This document shows, in pieces, positions 56,188-62,941 of a DNA stretch of 64,000 bases. A model generated the notes under the pieces. The model was not told the DNA's origin. It did not search any database and worked only from the letters and a program-made list of their open reading frames with translations. The stretch is from Chloroflexaceae bacterium (GTDB lineage: Bacteria; Chloroflexota; Chloroflexia; Chloroflexales; Chloroflexaceae): the NCBI GenBank assembly GCA_034437175.1, contig DAOTUJ010000155.1, positions 10,558-74,557 of the forward strand, given 5' to 3'. How positions within the stretch are numbered: position 1 is the first letter of the stretch; every line of letters begins with the position of its first letter. The position numbers and the translations under genes are program-made.

Positions 56188-56254
56188 AAGGAAACGTTTA
56201 TTTCGTTTGATGTTGCGGCGAAGCCGCAACATCAAACGAAATAAACGTTTCCTT
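56188..56254. repeat. 67-nt perfect palindrome, longest member of the GATGTTGC core family (GAA loop)
   Basis: AAGGAAACGTTTATTTCGTTTGATGTTGCGGC-GAA-GCCGCAACATCAAACGAAATAAACGTTTCCTT has 32-nt arms, verified by hand. Confidence 0.9.
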
Positions 56255-56299
56255 GCTGCCGCAGGCGGAAAACGCCCGTTGTAGTGCAAGCAACAACGC
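56246..56299 (+). repeat. 54-nt block shared with 61790..61843
   Basis: An ungapped hand alignment gives 42/54 identical positions (CGTTT..TTGCTGCC.CAGGC..AAAACGCC...AGCAAC.ACGC). Confidence 0.75.
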
Positions 56300-56335
56300 T
56301 GACCGTGCAGGTCGTATAGATAAGGAGAACCACTT

Positions 56336-57175
56336 ATGATTGGGCGAAACCGAATACGGGCAATTCAAGATGCAGTCACCCTTCAATATGCCAACGGCAA
56401 AAGCCTGGCCCGGCAGACGCCGGGGAGCGGGCGTTTTACGCCGTATGTCGGGTTTCATATTGAAGTTGGCAAAGATGCCGAACTTGATAATGCCATGCTG
56501 TCGGCCGGGTTGGCCCAGATCGAAATCAAGCACCAGCGTAGCGGCGGAGCCGAGATCGTGCGGCACTGGGCACTCAGCGAACATAGCCGAATCTACCCGG
56601 TGACGAGCGGCCCGATTGCCCCCAGTGTTGCCAGCAGCCTGGCCGGCAGCAATGCCCATGCAACCGCCGAGGCCGGCATCGGGCTGCGCTGGGGTCATGG
56701 CGAGCGTAGCAAAATGGCGATTCGCGGCTACCTGGATGGGCTGGTGCGGGTCGGATTTCTGCGTCTGGTGCAACTCTCAGTGCGTTCGCGGATGACGGAT
56801 GTCCTGCTGGGGGCGCTGCTGGAGCACTGCCGGGTCTGCGAGGCTGCCGATGATTTGATCGACCGCAGCCGACACCCGGAACTCGTGAGTTTTCACGAAA
56901 TTGCGCTGCCGCTCGGGCCAGGTGAAGAAGAGGAGTGGGGCAAGGGCGATACAGCGACGGTAGTACCTTTCACCTGTACCCACCCTGACCAGGTGACAGC
57001 CGAGTACCTGCGGAGCGTCTGGCGCCCGGACAGTGTACAGGCGGCGGCCCTACGCGACTGGGAAAGCATTCAACTCTGGGCGAGCGAGTACGCCAGCCAG
57101 AGCGAGGAGCCGGTGGCACGTCCATTTGAGGAAACGGCCGTAATGAACGGGCGCAGCACGGAAGATCTGTTGTAG
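56336..57175 (+). CDS. hypothetical protein (279 aa), family not recognised
   Basis: An AAGGAG SD lies upstream of the ATG. The frame is long with GC-rich third positions, and a long palindromic terminator follows. Confidence 0.6.
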   Translation: MIGRNRIRAIQDAVTLQYANGKSLARQTPGSGRFTPYVGFHIEVGKDAELDNAMLSAGLAQIEIKHQRSGGAEIVRHWALSEHSRIYPVTSGPIAPSVASSLAGSNAHATAEAGIGLRWGHGERSKMAIRGYLDGLVRVGFLRLVQLSVRSRMTDVLLGALLEHCRVCEAADDLIDRSRHPELVSFHEIALPLGPGEEEEWGKGDTATVVPFTCTHPDQVTAEYLRSVWRPDSVQAAALRDWESIQLWASEYASQSEEPVARPFEETAVMNGRSTEDLL

Positions 57176-57198
57176 CATTCGTGATCATCACATTGCGG

Positions 57199-57241
57199 GG
57201 AGATCGAAAAAAACCGCCGGCCGGCGGTTTTTTCGATCTCC
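57199..57241. terminator. palindromic terminator (extends imperfectly to 57188..57252)
   Basis: GGAGATCGAAAAAAACCGCCGG / CCGGCGGTTTTTTCGATCTCC has a one-base bulge. The outer arms TCACATTGCG / CGCGATGTGA extend the stem. Confidence 0.7.
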
Positions 57242-57247
57242 TCGCGA

Positions 57248-57290
57248 TGTGACACCGATCATAGTGATGGTCAACGAGTTCTCCTATAAT
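57248..57290 (+). promoter_or_regulatory. CRP-like box plus -10 element upstream of the Crp/Fnr gene
   Basis: TGTGA-CACCGA-TCATA (57248-57263) matches TGTGA-N6-TCACA at 9/10 positions. TATAAT lies at 57285-57290. The box centre is about 41.5 nt upstream of the TSS predicted from the -10. Confidence 0.5.
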
Positions 57291-57351
57291 GCAAGCACCT
57301 GATCGACACGGCGCGCTGTGAGCAGGCAACCGACAGGAAGGAGCTACGACG

Positions 57352-58032
57352 GTGAACCGAAATAATTTACTCAAACGGGTGCCGATGTTCACAGATCTGG
57401 ACGAAGGACACCTGGCGTTGCTGGCAGCCAATATGGGTGAGCAGCGTTTCAGTCGCGGTGCAACGATCTTTCTCGAGGGGAGTGTAGGCGATGCGCTCTA
57501 TTTCATTATCGAGGGGCAGGTGCGAATTTTCATTACCACGGCGACCGGCCAGGAGATCTCGATGAGTGTGTTTCGGCAGGGCGATTTTTTCGGTGAGTTA
57601 TCCTTGCTCGACGCACAGCCACGTTCGGCCAGCGCAACCGTGATGCAGGAAACGCGTGTGTTGACCCTGTGCCGCACGGCATTCCTGGCAATTTTGCACG
57701 ATTGCCCGGATATGGCCGTAGCCGTGCTGGCGGCGCTGTCAGGCCGTTTGCGCCAGAGCAACCATTACACTGAATACTTGATCAGCCACTCGGCACCGCA
57801 GCGAGTGGTGCGCCGATTGCTTGATATGGCGGAGCAGCACGGCATGACGACCGGCGACTGTCAGCGAATCGATCTGCACCTGACCCAGGACGATCTGGCG
57901 AGCCTCTCGGGAACAACCCGCGAAACCGTAAATCGCGTTCTAGCTGGTTTGCGTGAGCAGGGCCTGATCGAGATCGAACGGGCACGCCTGAGTGTGCTCA
58001 ACCTCGAGCAACTTGAGTCGTTGCGCCGGTAG
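57352..58032 (+). CDS. Crp/Fnr-family transcriptional regulator
   Basis: The cNMP-binding domain is FLEGSVGDALYFIIEGQVRIF...GDFFGELSLLD. The C-terminal HTH is TQDDLASLSGTTRETVNRVLAGL. The GTG start is preceded by GGAAGGAG. Confidence 0.85.
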   Translation: MNRNNLLKRVPMFTDLDEGHLALLAANMGEQRFSRGATIFLEGSVGDALYFIIEGQVRIFITTATGQEISMSVFRQGDFFGELSLLDAQPRSASATVMQETRVLTLCRTAFLAILHDCPDMAVAVLAALSGRLRQSNHYTEYLISHSAPQRVVRRLLDMAEQHGMTTGDCQRIDLHLTQDDLASLSGTTRETVNRVLAGLREQGLIEIERARLSVLNLEQLESLRR

Positions 58033-58240
58033 CGCAAAGCGTTCGAACGAAGCGCGCAGAGCAGGATCGCTTTAGAATGCCATCGTGGGCTGCTATCACG
58101 GCGCAGTCTTTTCGAGAACTGCTGTAGTGCCAAGCGCGCTAATTCCTCCATATTTCTGTTTGAGACTGTTGAATCGAGATGAACGGTAGGGGCGATTGCG
58201 GATCGCCCATGATTCCGGCTGCCTGCCGGCGGAGGTTCTC

Positions 58241-58918
58241 ATGTTTTACGTATTCCTGGCTGCCCACCTGATCGCTGATTTTGTGCTGCAACCGCTCTGG
58301 CTGATACAGCGCAAACGCTACTGGCACGGTCTATTTATGCACGGCGGGATAGTGCTGGCAATCATGCTGTTGATCCCGCTGTTCGACCGAAGTGCGCTGC
58401 AATTGTGGCCGGCGATGCTCACGATTACCGCCATTCATATTATCGCGGATCGGCTCAAAGTGCATTCCATCGACAGACATCTGAAGCCGGCGATCGTGCC
58501 CTTCCTGCTGGATCAGGTCATCCACCTGGGAACGCTGGCGCTGGTGCTGAGTCTGACGCTGCCGGCAAGCAGCATCTGGCAACTGAGCGGATCGACTATC
58601 GCTGTACCGGCGCTGCACGTGAGTGCCTACGTGATTGCGGCTTTTGCCGCGCCAATCGGCGTAATGGTCTGGCTTGACCCGAGTTTCAGCCATGCCGCCC
58701 TGGCCGGCGCGGCGCGGGCTCGTTCGCTGCTTGCCGGAACAATTGTTGCATCGCTGGCCATGTTCGGCGGCGTACTGGCCTTGCCGGCAACTCTAGCCGG
58801 CCTGGCCGCAGCCAGCCGGCGCCCATTTTCGCCGCATCCGCTCGATAGGCCGGCTGGTTTGCTGAGTGTGGCAATCATTGCCGCCAGCAGCGGCGCGTTC
58901 ATGGTTCTCATCGGCTGA
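58241..58918 (+). CDS. DUF3307-like integral membrane protein
   Basis: The N-terminal LAAHLIADFVLQP motif is followed by several TM helices. The start is at MFYVFLAAHL; the track ORF starts at 58196. Confidence 0.65.
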   Translation: MFYVFLAAHLIADFVLQPLWLIQRKRYWHGLFMHGGIVLAIMLLIPLFDRSALQLWPAMLTITAIHIIADRLKVHSIDRHLKPAIVPFLLDQVIHLGTLALVLSLTLPASSIWQLSGSTIAVPALHVSAYVIAAFAAPIGVMVWLDPSFSHAALAGAARARSLLAGTIVASLAMFGGVLALPATLAGLAAASRRPFSPHPLDRPAGLLSVAIIAASSGAFMVLIG

Positions 58919-58919
58919 A

Positions 58920-58962
58920 GGCCGGCAGCGGCGGCGGTACAATACCGCCGCCGCTGCCGGCC
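58920..58962 (+). terminator. 43-nt perfect palindrome starting 2 nt after the stop codon
   Basis: GGCCGGCAGCGGCGGCGGTA-CAA-TACCGCCGCCGCTGCCGGCC. Its stop context CTGAAGGCCGG is identical to that at 44855-44865. Confidence 0.7.
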
Positions 58963-59006
58963 GCTCATGGTTGAACTTCATAATCCCTTCATAGCATCTT
59001 CACAGT

Positions 59007-59035
59007 TTGACTTTAGCCTGAAAACGAGCGCTAAT
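59007..59035 (+). promoter_or_regulatory. candidate promoter of the large secreted protein gene
   Basis: TTGACT, 17-nt spacer, GCTAAT. Confidence 0.3.
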
Positions 59036-59067
59036 CGTTCAAAACAATCACAACATGGAGGCAAACG

Positions 59068-61695
59068 ATGAAACTGGTGAAGGGACGCAGACGGGATATG
59101 ATGGGAATGCTGACAGCAGTGGTTTTGCTGGCTGTGCTGCTGAGCAGCGTATCGGCAAACAGCAGCAATCCAGGGCAACCATTATTGAACGACATTGGCG
59201 GAATTGTCAGCTTCGCAGGCACTGACAAGCCTGTAATCGGGGCAGAAGTTGTCACGGCGCGTGCGAACCTGGTGCGTGTGGCTACTACGAATGAGCGTGG
59301 CGAGTACACGATTAGCGATCTTATCGGCGGGAGCTACACCGTCAGTGTACGTCCGGTGGAGCCACCGAGCACCGTGTCGCCAGACTGGGTGTTCACCGAT
59401 GAGCCGCAGGTCATTGACTTGCCGCCCAGCCGGCAAGTTAATCTATCGGTGACAACGGCGGACGTGACGGTAGTCGGGAGTCTGGCGGCACCCGGCAGCA
59501 TTGGGTTCAGCGAGGGCAACCGGGCCTGGGTTCGCGCCGAAAACCAGGAAGGCCAGGGCAACACCGTGCAGGTCAGTGCAGACGGGCAGTTCAGCATCCA
59601 GGTACTACCAGGCGCGGTGCTGCTGCGGGTGGTGCTGGAAAATCCGGCCTGGGCCACCGCGCCGGAGGTTACGGGTATGGCGTACTTCGGCGAAAGCGGC
59701 GAAACGATCCTGGTTGACGGCGATCCAGGCACGACCGCAATCGATCCGATCGGCATTGATCTGAAGGCGGCCAGCATCACCGGCCAGGTGCGGGTGCAGG
59801 GCGGCGCAAGTAGCGAGCCGGGTGTGGCCATCCCGGTGCGCGCCTGGCGCATCGACGGAACGGAATACGAGCAAACTCTTACTGACGAAGCCGGCAACTA
59901 CGTGCTGCCAATTACCGAGGGTAGCTGGCTGATCCGGGCTGTGCCGGGCAGCGGGCAAGATTTTGTCCCGGCTGAAAGCCCACAGCTCCAGCGTGGCGTG
60001 CAAACGGGCGAAGAACGGCAACAGGATCTGCTGATCGCCGTCGCCGATGTCGAAATCAGCGGGCGCGCCGTGGACAGCGTAAGCGGCGAAGCGCTGGGCG
60101 CGGGCGCCGACGGGCGTGTCTACAGCCTGTACCGTGACCCGGCGAGCAGCAAAGCAATTATGGGGCCGGCAGCAGCGCTGGTAGACGGCGAATTCACGCT
60201 GAAACTGGCTGCGAGTGTTGCGATGAGCTATAGCGTAGGACTGCACTTTCCAATGGACGGCGAATACACCGCCCTGAGCCGGGCCCAGTTGAACCTCAAC
60301 AACCCGCCGGCCAGTCTGGATATTCCAGTGGCAGCCGACAACTCGCGGATCAGCGGCACACTGCGAAACCGAGATGGCTCGGCGGCACGGGGCGTGCCGG
60401 CGGTGGTGCTGGGGGCCAGCGATAGCGGCGGCTGGGCTCGTACTTATGTGAATCCAGTGACGGCGAATTACAGGCTGGATGTTGTCTCCACTGAACTGCG
60501 CGGCAATGGCGGCAGTACCTGGCGTGTGCGGCCCATCGTCGATCCGAGCACCGGTTATGTGCTCCAGCGACCGGCACTCGAACGGGTCTTTCTGCCCTAC
60601 AACAATGGCGAAGGCAGCAACGTCGGCGGGATTGATTTTACCGTGATCGACATCGACAGTCTGGGCCGGATCAGCGGGCAGGTGCTCGGGCCAGGCGATG
60701 AGCCGGCAAAATATGCGCGAGTCGCCATCAGCGAGATCAGCGCAGACAGCAGCACGGCACTGCGGGTCTGGACGTATACTAACCGCGAAGGATGGTATGA
60801 ACGGGCTGTACCGCCGGGACGTTACCGGGTGACGGCGTACTGGTGGCGCCAGGGCAACCGAATAATCGACCCGGCACCGGTACAGGTGGAAGTCGCCACG
60901 GAGCAGCAAGTCGCAGCCAACCTGAGTTTCCGCAGCAGCGACGTAACCTTGAGCGGAAGCGTGAGCTACCAGGGCGCAGCCTACCCCGGACTGGTGCGGG
61001 CGCGGTCGGAAGACGGAGCGGTAGTACACAGCCGGGCGCAAGACGACGGCCAGTACGAACTGGCACTGCGCAGTGGATTGAGCTGGACAATCCAGGCTGT
61101 CTCGTCGGATGAGAGCAGTTTTCTGCGCAGCCAGGCCGAACAGGCGATACCGGCGATCAGCAATAGCACGGCAACGCTGCCGGAGCTGGTTCTGGAACTG
61201 GCGGCGCCCATCCCGGAGAGCCAGATTTTCAGTTTCGAGGCGGAACTGGATCAAATTTTTACGATGGGCGATGGTTCGCAAGTGCAGGTGCCGGCGGGCG
61301 CGATACAATCAAGCGGCAGCACAATCCTGACAGTGCGACCACTACCGGAACTGCAGAGCGCCGGCAATCTGGAACCCATTAGCTTCGGTTACCGGTTGAA
61401 CGCTTATGACAGCAACAGACGGCCGCTGAGCAAATTTGCCAGCCCGGTGACTCTGATCCTCCCATTTGCCGCGAGCGATCTCGCAGCCCTGGGCGTAACG
61501 CCGGAGCAACTGGTGCCGGCCTATTGGGACGAAGCGACCTCAAGCTGGAAGCCGGTGGAGAACGTAATTGTAGTGGTTGATCAAAACGGCGACGGCGAAG
61601 TCCAGATCAGTGTAGATCATTTCACCGATTTTGCCCTGCTGGCCGGACTGAACAGCGGAGCCTTGCAATCCTACCTACCAGTCATTATCCAGTAG
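59068..61695 (+). CDS. large secreted protein with repeated carboxypeptidase-regulatory-like (Ig-like) domains
   Basis: A signal peptide (LLAVLLSSVSANS) is present. Repeated segments follow the pattern G.V...G.P..GA.V........TTNERGEYTISDLIGGSYTVSV. The SD is GGAGG. Confidence 0.8.
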   Translation: MKLVKGRRRDMMGMLTAVVLLAVLLSSVSANSSNPGQPLLNDIGGIVSFAGTDKPVIGAEVVTARANLVRVATTNERGEYTISDLIGGSYTVSVRPVEPPSTVSPDWVFTDEPQVIDLPPSRQVNLSVTTADVTVVGSLAAPGSIGFSEGNRAWVRAENQEGQGNTVQVSADGQFSIQVLPGAVLLRVVLENPAWATAPEVTGMAYFGESGETILVDGDPGTTAIDPIGIDLKAASITGQVRVQGGASSEPGVAIPVRAWRIDGTEYEQTLTDEAGNYVLPITEGSWLIRAVPGSGQDFVPAESPQLQRGVQTGEERQQDLLIAVADVEISGRAVDSVSGEALGAGADGRVYSLYRDPASSKAIMGPAAALVDGEFTLKLAASVAMSYSVGLHFPMDGEYTALSRAQLNLNNPPASLDIPVAADNSRISGTLRNRDGSAARGVPAVVLGASDSGGWARTYVNPVTANYRLDVVSTELRGNGGSTWRVRPIVDPSTGYVLQRPALERVFLPYNNGEGSNVGGIDFTVIDIDSLGRISGQVLGPGDEPAKYARVAISEISADSSTALRVWTYTNREGWYERAVPPGRYRVTAYWWRQGNRIIDPAPVQVEVATEQQVAANLSFRSSDVTLSGSVSYQGAAYPGLVRARSEDGAVVHSRAQDDGQYELALRSGLSWTIQAVSSDESSFLRSQAEQAIPAISNSTATLPELVLELAAPIPESQIFSFEAELDQIFTMGDGSQVQVPAGAIQSSGSTILTVRPLPELQSAGNLEPISFGYRLNAYDSNRRPLSKFASPVTLILPFAASDLAALGVTPEQLVPAYWDEATSSWKPVENVIVVVDQNGDGEVQISVDHFTDFALLAGLNSGALQSYLPVIIQ

Positions 61696-61705
61696 GGCGA
61701 GTTCC

Positions 61706-61716
61706 TGTCATTGACA
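61706..61716. promoter_or_regulatory. TGTCATTGACA palindrome, copy 1
   Basis: CTGTCATTGACAG is a perfect 13-nt palindrome 11 nt after the stop of 59068..61695. It also forms part of the small hairpin CCTGTCA...TGACAGG. Confidence 0.5.
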
Positions 61717-61789
61717 GTGACAGGATTTACGCAATCGGCGTTGGCACCGGCCGCACCAGGGGCTTGTTCGCCTGCGGCAGGGAAAGTAC

Positions 61790-61843
61790 CGTTTTATTGC
61801 TGCCACAGGCAAAAAACGCCTGGTGCGGCGCGAGCAACCACGC
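61790..61843 (+). repeat. 54-nt block shared with 56246..56299
   Basis: 42/54 positions are identical, ungapped. The internal hairpin differs compensatorily (CAGGC-AAAAAAC-GCCTG here vs GGCG-GAAAA-CGCC there). Confidence 0.75.
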
Positions 61844-61855
61844 GCACGCGACCGC

Positions 61856-61889
61856 TGTCATTGACAAGCACACCTGGAAGGATTAGGAT
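61856..61889 (+). promoter_or_regulatory. promoter of small paralogue 1 with overlapping TGTCATTGACA palindrome (copy 2)
   Basis: TGTCATTGACA lies at 61856-61866. TTGACA (61861-61866), 17-nt spacer, TAGGAT (61884-61889). Confidence 0.55.
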
Positions 61890-62002
61890 AAAGGGCACAT
61901 TGCACATAAAACCATAAACTTGATGGCTACGCAATCTGATGGATCAACGCCGATTGATGGTTCAGAAGTTTTCGCCGATAGCAGCAAAGAAAGGAGCACG
62001 GT

Positions 62003-62272
62003 ATGCCCACTTGGAATACAGCAATGGCTCTTCTGCGTCAGGGAAAACCACGCAGTGAAGCAAACTATGCCAGCCGGGAGGATCACGACCAGGCATTGCA
62101 GGAATACGAAGCGGCACTGAGCCTGGTTTACAACGAAGTGCAAGAACGGATCAAAGTCGAAGCGGAAGGGCTCCGTGATTTTCTAGACAACTGGCACTAC
62201 CAGGGCTGCACTACCGCCGACTGCATCGCCGACGAGTGGGATCGCCAGAAGAACGCCTCCGAACGAATTTAG
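62003..62272 (+). CDS. small conserved-Cys protein, paralogue 1 (89 aa), family not recognised
   Basis: An AAAGGAG SD lies 7 nt upstream. About half the residues are shared with 62540..62806, including LRQG, EYExALSLV, GLRDFL and WHYxGCxTAxCIADEWD. Confidence 0.7.
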   Translation: MPTWNTAMALLRQGKPRSEANYASREDHDQALQEYEAALSLVYNEVQERIKVEAEGLRDFLDNWHYQGCTTADCIADEWDRQKNASERI

Positions 62273-62298
62273 GCCGCCGATTTCGCCTGTGTCATAGC

Positions 62299-62349
62299 GA
62301 CAATACCGCATCGGAGAGGGCGAATTGCCCTTTCTGATGCGGTATTGTC
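62299..62349 (+). terminator. hairpin terminator of paralogue 1, overlapping the operator of paralogue 2
   Basis: GACAATACCGCATC ... GATGCGGTATTGTC is a 14-bp outer stem enclosing AGGGC-GAATT-GCCCT. Confidence 0.6.
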
Positions 62350-62379
62350 ATTGACAAACCAGTGCAAAAGTGCTATGAT
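62346..62379 (+). promoter_or_regulatory. promoter of small paralogue 2 with overlapping TGTCATTGACA palindrome (copy 3)
   Basis: TGTCATTGACA lies at 62346-62356. TTGACA (62351-62356), 17-nt spacer, TATGAT (62374-62379). Confidence 0.6.
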
Positions 62380-62539
62380 GGACAGACACAATATGTCAAC
62401 TTGCAGTAACATCTGGCGATAGCTCCCGCTAGAGAACCTCCCGGAACCGTAGCGTGGGGCATACCGACATATCTGCAATTCCTGCCGGCATAATGAGGAA
62501 CCGTATCAATGGTGATACTGGAATGAAAGGAGGCCGGTC

Positions 62540-62806
62540 ATGCTGCATACCTGGCAAGCAGCACTGGCGATTTTGCGCCAGGGCCACCCGGAAAGCCTGG
62601 CAAGCTTTGCGAGCAAACGTGAGCTTGCGCTGCGGGAGTACGAATGGGCACTGAGCCTGGTATTCGATGAAGTGCGCGAGCGCATCGGTACATCAGATGA
62701 TGGCTTACGCGATTTTCTGATCACCTGGCACTACCGAGGCTGTGAGACCGCCGAGTGCATTGCCGACGAGTGGGACATACAGAAAGTCGCTTCCGAATGC
62801 ATCTAG
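62540..62806 (+). CDS. small conserved-Cys protein, paralogue 2 (88 aa), family not recognised
   Basis: An AAAGGAGG SD lies upstream. It is a paralogue of 62003..62272. Confidence 0.7.
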   Translation: MLHTWQAALAILRQGHPESLASFASKRELALREYEWALSLVFDEVRERIGTSDDGLRDFLITWHYRGCETAECIADEWDIQKVASECI

Positions 62807-62813
62807 GTGGCAA

Positions 62814-62852
62814 AAAGCAGGAACCCGGCACAATGTGCCGGGTTCCTGCTTT
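62814..62852. terminator. hairpin terminator between paralogue 2 and pufM
   Basis: AAAGCAGGAACCCGGCAC-AAT-GTGCCGGGTTCCTGCTTT has an 18-bp stem. Confidence 0.65.
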
Positions 62853-62874
62853 CTAATCGAAGAGTCGAAGAACG

Positions 62875-62931
62875 GTTGCTCTATGCATAAGATGTTGCAG
62901 CTTCGCTGCAACATCTTATGCATAGAGCAAC
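62875..62931. repeat. 57-nt perfect palindrome of the GATGTTGC core family (TTC loop)
   Basis: GTTGCTCTATGCATAAGATGTTGCAGC-TTC-GCTGCAACATCTTATGCATAGAGCAAC has 27-nt arms. It lies 11 nt beyond the pufM stop. Confidence 0.9.
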
Positions 62932-62941
62932 TTTTTATCGT

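Noticed and set aside
58040-58140. tRNA-like GTTCGAAC motif after the Crp/Fnr gene.
   Set aside because: No acceptor stem, D-arm or anticodon-arm pairing can be drawn around it. It is just a short palindrome in a 3' UTR.
59605-61308. 567-aa minus-strand ORF inside the large secreted-protein gene. Similar shadow ORFs occur at 4616..6322 (+), 1575..2654 (-), 2799..3578 (-), 39080..40189 (+), 42151..43086 (+), 53159..54103 (+) and 63086..63748 (+).
   Set aside because: All are antisense or out of frame to genes with strong homology-type evidence, and their sequences are Arg/Gln/His-rich and featureless.
61920-62120. 66-aa ORF and three TGATGG motifs (61921, 61937, 61955) in the leader of small paralogue 1, considered as a possible uORF or repeat operator.
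   Set aside because: The ORF lacks an SD, overlaps the well-supported 62003 gene out of frame, and is not mirrored in the paralogue-2 leader. The hexamer spacing is irregular (16 and 18 nt). The evidence is too weak to call.
27510-62931. Possibility that the recurring palindromes are a CRISPR array.
   Set aside because: The copies are tens of kilobases apart, in both orientations, with variable stem bases. There are no regularly spaced repeat-spacer units, and no cas genes are present.
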